DNA of 64,000 nucleotides. Origin: a virus. Positions within the stretch are counted from its first letter, which is position 1, and every line of letters begins with the position of its first letter. The notes under the pieces were generated by a model that saw only the letters and a program-made list of their open reading frames with translations, did not search any database and was not told where the DNA came from. The stretch spans positions 1 to 64,000 of the IMG/VR virus record IMGVR_UViG_3300020477_001105; one strand, written 5' to 3'. Shown here piece by piece: positions 1 to 9,122 of the stretch. The position numbers were made by a program, and so were the translations under genes.

Positions 1-4
1 AAAT

Positions 5-397
5 TGGTGGAGCAGGCGGGAGTCGAACCCGCGTCCTTAGGGTGACTCCTATCAACCTCTACACGCTTATCCGGCCTTTAAGTTCGGCTATATGGGTCAA
101 GGCCGGCAGACCCCCATATAGCCTAGCGTAGGACTTGGTATGGGCCCTCGCCAGGGTTACCATACTGCAGGTTGTATTTGCGCCATATAACCTACAACCT
201 TCAGTTATACGACGTTCGCCCTATCTAGGCGAGCGCAAGCTCTTGCTTGGGAGTAGCTTGGAACATGTCCGCTACCTTCGCAAAGAGTTCAGATACTTTG
301 TTCTTGCCAATTATCTGTGTCCGAGTTTTACGAGACCATCGGTATCTCGGCGTGCAATTCATGATCATCAACAATAAGTCGAATCCATTACTGCCCC
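5..397 (-). ncRNA. ssrA: tmRNA (transfer-messenger RNA)
   Basis: Minus strand starts GGGGCAGTAATGGATTCGAC and ends GGACGCGGGTTCGACTCCCGCCTGCTCCACCA. Acceptor stem GGGGCAG/CTGCTCC has the G3.U alanine determinant, with a T-arm and an encoded CCA. Internal tag ORF after ATAATT at 308..225 reads GKNKVSELFAKVADMFQATPKQELALA*. Confidence 0.96.
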
Positions 398-404
398 TCA
401 ATAG

Positions 405-410
405 TATTTA
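405..410 (-). promoter_or_regulatory. T4-like late promoter core (TAAATA) for tmRNA
   Basis: TAAATA lies 7 nt upstream of the tmRNA 5' G; the same motif precedes most structural genes. Confidence 0.6.
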
Positions 411-462
411 ATGCCATTATAGTGTCAAATGCAACAAGATCCACTAAATATTTACAGCTGCA

Positions 463-969
463 ATGCGAGATAGAGATTCACATCTAATTTATGAGCAGTA
501 CATGGTCACTGAAGGGCGAGCTTCAGGATTCTATCGTCTACTCAGGTGGTTATTTACAAAAGATCCTGCAAAAACAGGTCTTAGTAATATAGCCAAAGGG
601 CGAGTTGCTGGTACTGCTGTTGGCGCTGATCTGGCATTGAATCAAGGCCGTATTACTGGGTCGGTGGTAGATACAGGTGTAGGTGTTGCTTCTGACATGG
701 CGGTGAAGGGGGCGGGAATTTTGGCAGACGGTCTCACTACTGCCGCGCGGAATGCGTGGGAAGCAGGTCTTAAAGACCCGATGACTGGGGCGGTGATAGG
801 TGGATTCACTCTTTTAGGTGCATGGATGTTAATGAAAAATTTAGACTCTGATAGTGCAGAGAAAGATATTGAAATAAATATCCAACGACCGCTTGATCAA
901 CAGGACAGAAAAGCAATCAGGCAACCTATGCCCGTGTCCGGTCCAGTACCAGGTCTACCACCATCATAA
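463..969 (+). CDS. hypothetical protein, candidate head-internal/ejected protein with a hydrophobic segment
   Basis: TAAATA at 445-450. N-terminus MRDRDSHLIYEQYMVTE resembles that of 63336 (MKDKDQKLIWEAYITE). Hydrophobic stretch AVIGGFTLLGAWMLM. Confidence 0.6.
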   Translation: MRDRDSHLIYEQYMVTEGRASGFYRLLRWLFTKDPAKTGLSNIAKGRVAGTAVGADLALNQGRITGSVVDTGVGVASDMAVKGAGILADGLTTAARNAWEAGLKDPMTGAVIGGFTLLGAWMLMKNLDSDSAEKDIEINIQRPLDQQDRKAIRQPMPVSGPVPGLPPS

Positions 970-994
970 AAAAAGCGGCCCTTTCGGACCGCTT
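968..994 (-). terminator. intrinsic terminator
   Basis: Minus strand AAGCGGTCC-GAAA-GGGCCGCTT followed by a T run, between convergent genes. Confidence 0.8.
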
Positions 995-1021
995 AGTTCT
1001 CCACCCGACTACACCCCCTAG

Positions 1022-1960
1022 TTATTTAACCTGTAGCTCTTTCAGTTGCTCTGTCCTCAGCAAGAACGGATATTCCTTCTCCACAAGAGCACGTTTCTTG
1101 CGTTTCTTTTCTTCGTTCTCTTCGCTGAAGTCAGCACCAACATCCTCTACAGGAATTTTTGCAAGTTCAGCATCAGTTGGCATCTTAATTTTAGGATCAA
1201 GTGCCCACATGATCTTATTCTTCTCACACCACTGAACCATACGACGGACTGGTACGATTAGGTTAAAGGTCTCTCCTGCACCTCTTACCAACATACCCAC
1301 ATAACGAGCATCGGACTTCAAAAACACGCCACCGCCGGATGAGCCCGGGAAAGCGGCGACTGTAGTTTGGTCAAACACATGCTTATTAAGTTGTGGGATC
1401 AATCGACCAGTTTGAGAATAGATACCGTCAGTCATACTGTTTGATCCCATTTGACCGAGCAGTGAGCCAACATGCCATAAATCAGTTCCTAATTTAGGAA
1501 TAGTTTCATCTAGATAAAATTTAACTGTGTCATCTACGAAATTGAGCTTACGTACTTTGAGTAGTGCTAAGTCATGGCCATCATCAGCATCAGAGTATTT
1601 TAATACCTCTGCATCTAGTTCTAAGCGACCAACTGCTCTACCACCTTGACGAATGACCTTAATGATCTTTGCATCCTTAAATGTTACGACAGTACGAGGT
1701 GCACCGTTAACGATAACTTTCCTCTCTGTCCGTAAATTGTCAATCACGTGCGCAGCAGTCCATACAAAATTGACAGTGTTACCGTCTTTGTCTTTTCTAG
1801 AAAAAATTACGCCTGAACCTTCACCTGCGGACCAGGTACCTTCAGATCGAATAGTCACGGATACATCTTGGAGATAATCCGCGGTTGTCTTCTTGGCTTC
1901 TTGCGCCAGACTTGATCCAGCAATAAGCAACGATAGGAGAGTAGTTTTAATCAGCTTCAT
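1022..1960 (-). CDS. exported trypsin-like (S1) serine protease
   Basis: Catalytic triad motifs TAAHV, HDLALL and PGSSGGG; signal peptide MKLIKTTLLSLLIAGSSLA. Confidence 0.88.
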   Translation of the reverse strand: MKLIKTTLLSLLIAGSSLAQEAKKTTADYLQDVSVTIRSEGTWSAGEGSGVIFSRKDKDGNTVNFVWTAAHVIDNLRTERKVIVNGAPRTVVTFKDAKIIKVIRQGGRAVGRLELDAEVLKYSDADDGHDLALLKVRKLNFVDDTVKFYLDETIPKLGTDLWHVGSLLGQMGSNSMTDGIYSQTGRLIPQLNKHVFDQTTVAAFPGSSGGGVFLKSDARYVGMLVRGAGETFNLIVPVRRMVQWCEKNKIMWALDPKIKMPTDAELAKIPVEDVGADFSEENEEKKRKKRALVEKEYPFLLRTEQLKELQVK

Positions 1961-2002
1961 GTTGCAAATACTTAGCTCACACTATAGGGAAGTTCAACCC
2001 AA

Positions 2003-2848
2003 TTAGATGACAGCTCTACCCTTATCGTCTTTCCAGTCTTCTTCTGGACGATCAATTGTCTGATTTCTCTTTATAATTGCGTCAATAACTATTGGCTCAA
2101 CACCAACGTTTTTCATTTGCATATATAGAGAGCTAGTATCTTTCGGAAAACACGTACCACCAAATCCCTTCTTACCATCAGGGCCAGGTACTTGCGTATG
2201 GCTTTCACCGATACGAGGATCTAATCCAGTCAGTAAGCGAACTGACTCATAGTCGATACCTGCTGCTTCACAAAATTGATGCATCTCGTTAAAGAATGAC
2301 ACTTTTGTTGATAGAAATACATTACGTGCGTACTTACATAGCTCAGCTTCTCGGCACCCAATAAAGTGTAATCTAAAGCCAGGGTTTACTTTATTGTGTC
2401 TAGCTGCATACTTAAATAATGTCCGAACCTTATCTTGAAATTCATCATCACCGCTACAGCCTACTACCCAATCAACGCATGTTCGGACATCGTTTCTCCA
2501 GTTTCTCTCAGTTAAAAACTCAGGCATGAAGTTTACATTTAACGAATCACAGAGACCTACAGGTACAGTAGATCTCACTACAATATTAACGTTAGAATTA
2601 TGGTTCTTTAGGTCAGATACTACGCTCTCCACAATGTTTGTGTGACATTTACCCGTAGACATATCCATAGGGGTTGGAACACAGACAAACACTATGTCAC
2701 AGTCATTTGCTACTGACTGCAATGATAGGTCTTTATTGGGAACCCTCTTGTCTGGATCTATGTCATATATGTATAGATCTGTGTCTTTGTTACTTAGAAG
2801 TGATGTTGCTTGTCCAACGTATCCGTTACCTACAATGCCTATCCTCAT
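2003..2848 (-). CDS. UDP-glucose/GDP-mannose dehydrogenase family protein (short form)
   Basis: GIVGNGYVG Rossmann motif, FVCVPTP, RSTVPVG, PEFLTE and catalytic GFGGTCFPKD. Start probably at 2848 (MRIGIVG). Confidence 0.92.
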   Translation of the reverse strand: MRIGIVGNGYVGQATSLLSNKDTDLYIYDIDPDKRVPNKDLSLQSVANDCDIVFVCVPTPMDMSTGKCHTNIVESVVSDLKNHNSNVNIVVRSTVPVGLCDSLNVNFMPEFLTERNWRNDVRTCVDWVVGCSGDDEFQDKVRTLFKYAARHNKVNPGFRLHFIGCREAELCKYARNVFLSTKVSFFNEMHQFCEAAGIDYESVRLLTGLDPRIGESHTQVPGPDGKKGFGGTCFPKDTSSLYMQMKNVGVEPIVIDAIIKRNQTIDRPEEDWKDDKGRAVI

Positions 2849-2849
2849 T

Positions 2850-3311
2850 TCAATCATTTAGTCGGAAGAACTTATGATTGCCAATGATAGTAACAGGCTT
2901 TTTTCCTTTTATCCAATCTGGATTACAATCTACACGCATAAAATGGTCAGCTCCTTCAGTGATATCTATTAACTTAATATCAGATCTGCATACGTGTCTA
3001 GCTAGTTGTCGAGCGTACATCATACTTTTCGATTTCCATAAATAGTATAGCTCACGCTCCTTCTTAACCTTACCCTTTCCAGCGCTCCAAGTCTCGAACT
3101 GGTAAGGTTTTAAGCATACTTTGTCTGCGGAGATATTACCTTGCTCCATACGCTTTCGAATTACACATGCCACAGCATACATTCCGATTTGTTTCTCACC
3201 ACGCGCTTCACCTAGAATGGTTAGTGCACAGATACGCTCTTCATAAGTTAAAACTTGATCACCACTACATGCGAATGGTAACAGCATTAATAGTATAATT
3301 GCTTTCTTCAT
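2850..3311 (-). CDS. SleB/Hydrolase_2-like cell wall hydrolase with possible lipoprotein signal
   Basis: ALTILGEARGE, PYQF and IGNHKFF motifs; N-terminal hydrophobic segment ending PFAC. Confidence 0.85.
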   Translation of the reverse strand: MKKAIILLMLLPFACSGDQVLTYEERICALTILGEARGEKQIGMYAVACVIRKRMEQGNISADKVCLKPYQFETWSAGKGKVKKERELYYLWKSKSMMYARQLARHVCRSDIKLIDITEGADHFMRVDCNPDWIKGKKPVTIIGNHKFFRLND

Positions 3312-3314
3312 AAC

Positions 3315-3345
3315 AAAAAAAAATGGCCGCCCCGAAGGGCGACCG
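3315..3345 (-). terminator. intrinsic terminator
   Basis: Minus strand GGTCGCCC-TTCG-GGGCGGCC followed by a T run, downstream of the DUF932 gene. Confidence 0.85.
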
Positions 3346-3356
3346 GGGTCGACCCT

Positions 3357-4367
3357 CTAGTTAAGAGCCGGAGATGGGATCTTCTTGAACTTCTTCTCAT
3401 CCAGAAGAATACTCATCCCTCTTTGCATCATCTGATCGGATGGACCACCAAGCAAGCAGTTAACAAATCGACGCTCTGCAGCCTTACGACCGTGCTTTTC
3501 GAGCTTGTTAATGTTATTGTGGTGGTTGACCCATTCAGTCAGACCGTTAAACGCATCCCAACGCGTCAGACCTCTGTTCCCTTCACCTTCCAGGAACAGG
3601 TCAACGATCTGCTCACGGCGGTTAACCAGTCGGGATGTTTCACGTACCTCTTCACCCTTCTTACGAGGAGGATCAGGTAGAAGCAAATTTGCGAATCCGC
3701 GAACCTCATCAGAGGTAATTTGCATCTTGTTCAGTTTGTTAGCATTGCGCTCAAACTCCTTGCTACCTCTAAGAGCGGCATGGAAGCCGTTCTGGGCAGC
3801 CTCTAAACGATCAGACCAATTCTTAGTATGTGAAATACTCCAATCGGATTGATTAGCAGCTTGAAAGATTGTTTGAATTTGATTGTTACAAACAATACGG
3901 TGTGCTAGTGACAAATAAGCATTACGCTTCGTGCCATCATTAGCAGCAAGAGCCATGATTCGGTTCTCCACCTTGTCATCTGGTCGCCCTTCGATAGTGA
4001 AGCCTTTTGGCAGCCGAGCTGCAATCCAGCACTTCTTACCACCATCGATGATGCCTGCATTTTCATATTCAGCGCCAAACTCTTGTACCATATCATGAAA
4101 TGGGCTAAACATATCCTTAAGTGGTACAGGGTTATAACGGCGACGCATGACGGCAAAAATTCGCTTGGTGTCTTGTCGACGAATAGCGAAGTTACCGGGT
4201 ACTTCATCTCCTTCCGGAGTGTGAACTGGAACCTTTTCCATTTCGAAATCGAATCCAGCAGTTTCCATTAAGTCATTAAAGCCACGCGCTTTTGACACGT
4301 CAACTCCAATGCGTTCATCGAGCGAAATAAGCTCGGTCCTAGTATCGTTTATCATTTGTGTTGCCAT
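3357..4367 (-). CDS. DUF932-family phage/plasmid protein
   Basis: GGKKCWI, HRIVCNNQ, HTKN and TRWDAFNGLTEWVNH motifs typical of DUF932. Confidence 0.85.
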   Translation of the reverse strand: MATQMINDTRTELISLDERIGVDVSKARGFNDLMETAGFDFEMEKVPVHTPEGDEVPGNFAIRRQDTKRIFAVMRRRYNPVPLKDMFSPFHDMVQEFGAEYENAGIIDGGKKCWIAARLPKGFTIEGRPDDKVENRIMALAANDGTKRNAYLSLAHRIVCNNQIQTIFQAANQSDWSISHTKNWSDRLEAAQNGFHAALRGSKEFERNANKLNKMQITSDEVRGFANLLLPDPPRKKGEEVRETSRLVNRREQIVDLFLEGEGNRGLTRWDAFNGLTEWVNHHNNINKLEKHGRKAAERRFVNCLLGGPSDQMMQRGMSILLDEKKFKKIPSPALN

Positions 4368-4394
4368 ACTTGTTAATTCCTAACTTCTCCATAT

Positions 4395-4423
4395 ATTATA
4401 GGAACTCCCCGGGGGGAGTGCAA
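4395..4423 (-). promoter_or_regulatory. sigma70-type early promoter
   Basis: TTGCAC-N17-TATAAT on the minus strand upstream of DUF932. Confidence 0.8.
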
Positions 4424-4440
4424 CAGGAAAAGGGAATTAA

Positions 4441-4677
4441 TTATTCCGCGGCTGGTTGATCAGTACCTTCGGTGTCTACTTGAACCATATCACCTAATGT
4501 ACCTAGAGCTAGTTTAGCATGCGCGATATCATCGACTTGCTTGACTAATTCGTCTACAACTTGTGGATGTTCACCGATTCCGGACGGATTGGATAGATAT
4601 ACCAACAGCGTAGCTTCCGCTTTCTGAAGTTTAGCCTGGTAGTGAGATGCTAGTGCGTCTAATAATTTTTTTTGCAT
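4441..4677 (-). CDS. small conserved T4-like phage protein
   Basis: YLSNPSGIGEHP motif recalled from small T4-like phage proteins; co-oriented with its neighbours. Confidence 0.7.
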   Translation of the reverse strand: MQKKLLDALASHYQAKLQKAEATLLVYLSNPSGIGEHPQVVDELVKQVDDIAHAKLALGTLGDMVQVDTEGTDQPAAE

Positions 4678-4681
4678 AATT

Positions 4682-4876
4682 CTATTTAAAACCTTTGTTT
4701 AAGTCAAATACTAATTTACCCTCATTATCTCGAATATTAAGAATATCCTCATCGTTTGTAGTATACTCCCACATTACTTGCTTATGTGCCTGCATAGGAC
4801 TGTCGTTCTCTACAGTAACGGCCTTGGTTTCCTTGGTTCGAGTATTCCGAATGGTGGCAACGTATGTCATTTGCAT
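4682..4876 (-). CDS. hypothetical protein
   Basis: ORF preceded by TTGCAA-N17-TATTAT on the minus strand. Confidence 0.65.
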   Translation of the reverse strand: MQMTYVATIRNTRTKETKAVTVENDSPMQAHKQVMWEYTTNDEDILNIRDNEGKLVFDLNKGFK

Positions 4877-4955
4877 ATGTAAATATAATAGTGGCGAGGA
4901 CTTCGAATTGCAACTGTATTGTTGAATAACTAATTATGGGTGGTATAATACAGGT

Positions 4956-5453
4956 ATGCTTGTCGTGAATCTCAAACCTACCGAAAGAGCGCAGCGATAC
5001 TGCAGACGTGACAATATCGACTTAATCCGAGTCCAAGAAGTTCTAAACTTTATAGCTCAATACATTGATAGCCGAAAAAAAATCGAAATAGTCAATATGT
5101 CGCTCGACATAGACTGTCGAAAAGCTGATTCAGAATACAACTTTCGTAGCAAACATATTCTCATTGCCGGTATTACTGAGAAACATCGAAGGGGTAAGAC
5201 GAGGAAAGGTCGATTAAACTATTTCTTTGAGCATCTAGTACATGAGTTTAGACACTGCATGCAGGAGGTTATATTTCGCAAAGATGCATCTGACGTAACA
5301 TATGAGTCTACAGATGATGCTGAGTATGCTGATAACCCTCTGGAAGTTGACGCAATGTGGTTTGAGAAGAAATATGCCAAAAAGGCATTAGAATTATACT
5401 TTGCTCTCAAACGAGCCAAAGTGAAAGATGTTGATATATATCACGGTGATTAA
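4956..5453 (+). CDS. putative zinc metallopeptidase (HExxH)
   Basis: LVHEFRHCMQ plus downstream NPLEVDA. TTGAAT-N16-TATAAT (4922-4949) lies 6 nt before the ATG. Confidence 0.7.
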   Translation: MLVVNLKPTERAQRYCRRDNIDLIRVQEVLNFIAQYIDSRKKIEIVNMSLDIDCRKADSEYNFRSKHILIAGITEKHRRGKTRKGRLNYFFEHLVHEFRHCMQEVIFRKDASDVTYESTDDAEYADNPLEVDAMWFEKKYAKKALELYFALKRAKVKDVDIYHGD

Positions 5454-7891
5454 CGTTTCTTAAATTTGAGCTCACCATCGCGTGCATAGCACGTTACTGA
5501 ATCACCTTCCACATACTTGCCTTTAAGTAGTTGAATACTCATCTGTGTTTCAAATAACCGTTGAATTGTTCTTTTCAGTTCACGTGCACCGTATTTTTCG
5601 TCATATCCTTTCTCAACAAAGAGATCTCGAGCTGTGTCAGCTAATTTGACAGTAATACCGTGCTCTGCTTTAATCCTGTCAATATATACTTTAAAGTTTA
5701 AGTTAACGATCTCACCAATGTGTTCTTTTGTAAGATTATTGAATACAACCATTTCATCAATCCTATTGATAAATTCTGGTTTGAATTGATTTTTAACCTC
5801 TTCAATAGCCTTGTCAACAGCCATGACTTTCTTCTCACTCTCAGTAGGTGTTACAAAGCCTAGAGGTTCTGGAGATTGAACCTTTTCTGCTCCAATGTTA
5901 GTCGTCATGACAACAATGGTGTTTCTAAAGTTAATAACTCTACCTTCACCGTCAGTTACCTTTCCTTCTTCTAGAATTTGTAAAAGGATATGCAAGACTT
6001 CGCTATTAGCTTTCTCAATTTCATCGAATAGTACTAGAGAGTATGGTTTACGTCTAATCTTCTCAGTCAGTTTACCTCCTCTACCATAACCAACATACCC
6101 AGGTGGTGACCCGATAAGCTTAGAAACTGAATGTTGCTCCATTAACTCAGACATATCAATTTGCACTATATTATCAGCTCCACCAAAGACGTGCTCCGAG
6201 ATAGTCTTAGCTAAATATGTCTTACCTACACCAGTAGACCCTAGAAATAAGAATGATCCAATTGGCCTGTTTGGATCTTGTAGCTTAGCTGCTGAACGCT
6301 TTAGAGAGTCACAGATAAGTTTAATAGCATGATCCTGACCAATTACAGCATCTTTAACATTACCCTCTAACTTCATTATCTTACTTACGTAACTATTCTC
6401 TTTACTATCAACAGGCACACCAGCCATGTGGCTAACAATACCTCGTATTGTTTCTTCGTCAATAGTAACAGAATTCTTTCTCTTCTCTTTTCTTTCATTT
6501 AACAAGAGCTCATATTCTCTTCGAGCGTCGTCTTCCTTTTGCTTATATGTAGCAGCTTCCTCGAATTGTTGACCAGCGACTAGATTTTCTTTTTTACGCT
6601 TAAAGCGATTAAATTTAGATTGTACAGTCTTTAGATCTTTAATGGTATGATCTGTGCTATTAGTACTAGCACCAGCTTCATCAATAACATCAATCGCTTT
6701 GTCGGGTAAGTTCCTATTTGTAATATACCTCTTGGATAGCTCCACTGCACCTCTCAACGCATCGTCAGTATACTTAACGTTATGAAATTTCTCATACACT
6801 GGCTTAATGCCTTTAAGAATCTGCATAGCATCTTCTAGAGATGGTTCATTTACTTCTACTGACTGAAATCTTCTCTCCAGTGCACTGTCTTTCTCAATAC
6901 TGGTTCTATATTCATCAAAGGTTGTGGCACCAATACACTTCATCTCACCGCGGGCAAGTGCGGGTTTGAGAATATTACTAGCATCCATTGCCCCTTCAGC
7001 TGACCCTGCACCTACCATCATATGAAGCTCGTCAATGAATAGGATAACATTTCTACACTTTTTCATCTCATTGATGACTGCTTTCATCCTTTCTTCAAAT
7101 TGACCCCTATATTTTGTACCAGCAACCATCGCAGGTAAGTCTAAGCTAATCACGTGCTTATCTGCCAATGCTTCTGGTACATCTCCAGAAATAACTCTTT
7201 GAGCAAAACCCTCAACTACAGCAGTCTTACCTACACCTGCTTCTCCTATTAAGACAGGGTTATTTTTAGTCTTTCGACATAGAACTTGAATCATTCGATT
7301 GATTTCTACATCTCTACCAATTACAGGGTCAATTTTATTCCGAGCTGCTAGCTTAGTTAAATTGACACCGAACTTTGCTAAATTCTTAAGAGTTAAAATC
7401 TCATCATCATCACGATCTACAATAGTAGTCTCTTCACTATCATCCAAATTACCACCAACCTCTTTATCTACAAGAGATCTAACCTTCTTATAACTTACCC
7501 CTAAACTGCCTAGTATATTATTCGCAACACCGTCTGGCTCATATAGCAGGCCTAAGAAGATATGCTCAATGTCACATTTAGGCCGGTCTAATTTTTTAGC
7601 TACATTAACAGCTAACTCAATAACTTTATCTACACGAGGTGTATATTGAATCTCGTCAATAGATACCGTATCGTCTCCTTCTTGAGAGATGTTGTCATAT
7701 ATAATACTTCGAAGCTCTTCAATGTCGACATACAGCTGATCCAGCGTATCGGTAATAATAGTATCACCAATGTTAAGAAGACCTAATAACAGGTGCTCTG
7801 TACCAGCGTATCTATTTCTAAGCAATTGAGCTTCTTTCTTTGCCATAGAAAGAGCTTGCTTAGCTTGTGGTGTTAGTTTAAATGTGTCCAC
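5450..7891 (-). CDS. clpC: ClpC-type ATP-dependent Clp protease ATP-binding subunit
   Basis: Two Clp-N repeats, Walker motifs GEAGVGKT/LFIDE and GSTGVGKT/LFDEIEK, a short UVR-like middle domain (QQFEEAA) and a ClpP-docking LGF loop (EPLGFV). Confidence 0.9.
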   Translation of the reverse strand: MDTFKLTPQAKQALSMAKKEAQLLRNRYAGTEHLLLGLLNIGDTIITDTLDQLYVDIEELRSIIYDNISQEGDDTVSIDEIQYTPRVDKVIELAVNVAKKLDRPKCDIEHIFLGLLYEPDGVANNILGSLGVSYKKVRSLVDKEVGGNLDDSEETTIVDRDDDEILTLKNLAKFGVNLTKLAARNKIDPVIGRDVEINRMIQVLCRKTKNNPVLIGEAGVGKTAVVEGFAQRVISGDVPEALADKHVISLDLPAMVAGTKYRGQFEERMKAVINEMKKCRNVILFIDELHMMVGAGSAEGAMDASNILKPALARGEMKCIGATTFDEYRTSIEKDSALERRFQSVEVNEPSLEDAMQILKGIKPVYEKFHNVKYTDDALRGAVELSKRYITNRNLPDKAIDVIDEAGASTNSTDHTIKDLKTVQSKFNRFKRKKENLVAGQQFEEAATYKQKEDDARREYELLLNERKEKRKNSVTIDEETIRGIVSHMAGVPVDSKENSYVSKIMKLEGNVKDAVIGQDHAIKLICDSLKRSAAKLQDPNRPIGSFLFLGSTGVGKTYLAKTISEHVFGGADNIVQIDMSELMEQHSVSKLIGSPPGYVGYGRGGKLTEKIRRKPYSLVLFDEIEKANSEVLHILLQILEEGKVTDGEGRVINFRNTIVVMTTNIGAEKVQSPEPLGFVTPTESEKKVMAVDKAIEEVKNQFKPEFINRIDEMVVFNNLTKEHIGEIVNLNFKVYIDRIKAEHGITVKLADTARDLFVEKGYDEKYGARELKRTIQRLFETQMSIQLLKGKYVEGDSVTCYARDGELKFKKR

Positions 7892-7896
7892 GTAAG

Positions 7897-7933
7897 TATT
7901 TATTCATTATACCTACGGGGGCAAGAAGTGCAA
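7897..7933 (-). promoter_or_regulatory. tandem early (TTGCAC-N16-TATAAT) and late (TAAATA) promoters of clpC
   Basis: -35 at 7928-7933, -10 at 7906-7911, and TAAATA at 7897-7902, 5 nt before the GTG. Confidence 0.65.
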
Positions 7934-7942
7934 CCAATGACT

Positions 7943-8293
7943 CTAACCGGTACTTATCTTAAGATCACCTGAACTGTTCCATAACTGTCCAGCAACTCCT
8001 GGGTCGGAGGTAGGCAAACTATCAAACTGTACAGTACCGTCAACATGTAGCTTAGTACTTGGTGAACTAGTCCCAATCCCGACACTGCCTGCGAAATAAT
8101 TTGTATATGTAGTACCGGTGGCTGATAAGGTACCAAAACTTTGAGACAAATAATGCATATAATCATTATTTGTTAATTTAATTGACGACAGGAAGGGTGT
8201 GGCTGTACCTGTAGTCTGTAGCAATAAGTCTGTCCCTACTATGGCATAGCTTGCAGGCTTAGTCGTTAATTGGCTGATTGTAAAGTTTGCCAT
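7943..8293 (-). CDS. minimal fibre-like virion protein
   Basis: N-terminal ISQL motif, a single GSVGIGT unit and C-terminal LPTSDPGVAGQLW; TATAAATA upstream. Confidence 0.7.
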   Translation of the reverse strand: MANFTISQLTTKPASYAIVGTDLLLQTTGTATPFLSSIKLTNNDYMHYLSQSFGTLSATGTTYTNYFAGSVGIGTSSPSTKLHVDGTVQFDSLPTSDPGVAGQLWNSSGDLKISTG

Positions 8294-8313
8294 ATTTCAA
8301 ATATTTATATTAA

Positions 8314-9117
8314 TTAGTAAGTTTCTCTACCACGGTTAAGCAGCACTGTGGCATTCTGAAGATATGTACTATCTTCAGGAACTACTATCATTGTAGCCCC
8401 GTTATGTATCGCACCCACAATACACTCTGAAGTGGTACCGGTTGTATTATAGTGACCGTGATTTTCTGTACCAATCACTATAATAACTAGGTCAATTTCT
8501 CGCATAATGTAATCTCTATGATTCTCTGTAACAATTGCTTGGTACTCACCTACATCACTATATCTCTCTGTCCTGAGATGCCACTCTCTCATAACACCTG
8601 GTACTATCTGATCTCCAGTATCACCAATAACAATAACCTTATCATACGGTACTACGATATTAGCTATGTGGCGAGGATCTTGTAACTCTAATGTGACTAA
8701 CAATTCGTTCTTCCCGGAATCATTAGTCATCAACCTAGTGTTAATAATTTTATACTTACCATAATCCAGAATATTAGTCTTACGCTGGTTTAACGTTATG
8801 CTATAATTATCAACAGAAAGGTCTGTTCTAAACCCTGTTACATTAACTGTATGGGATGTAACATATTCACTAGTTGGATAGAAGGTATGTGTTAGGGTTT
8901 TATCTGCTAATTGATACCAGTCAGTGAGACTGTGTACCGTATGTATAGCAGAATCATCACTAAATTGAACAAGGCATTTGAGATAGCTGTATTGAGTACC
9001 ACTATAATGACCTGTGGATAGGATGTTAGCAAAGCTTAACGTGAACGCTATACTTCCATCAATATACACACTATCAGCAGTCTTCCCTCCTGTTAGTATG
9101 TAAGTGGTAGTGTTCAC
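8314..9117 (-). CDS. hypothetical protein, probably virion structural
   Basis: Beta-rich, Thr-rich sequence; TAAATA 6 nt upstream of the GTG. Confidence 0.55.
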   Translation of the reverse strand: MNTTTYILTGGKTADSVYIDGSIAFTLSFANILSTGHYSGTQYSYLKCLVQFSDDSAIHTVHSLTDWYQLADKTLTHTFYPTSEYVTSHTVNVTGFRTDLSVDNYSITLNQRKTNILDYGKYKIINTRLMTNDSGKNELLVTLELQDPRHIANIVVPYDKVIVIGDTGDQIVPGVMREWHLRTERYSDVGEYQAIVTENHRDYIMREIDLVIIVIGTENHGHYNTTGTTSECIVGAIHNGATMIVVPEDSTYLQNATVLLNRGRETY

Positions 9118-9122
9118 TGTAA

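Noticed and set aside
5-36. tRNA-like 3' end (T-arm, CCA)
   Set aside because: It is the tRNA-like domain of the tmRNA. Its acceptor partner is about 390 nt away and there is no anticodon arm.
135-377. 80-aa plus-strand ORF
   Set aside because: It is antisense to the tmRNA and has no independent coding evidence.
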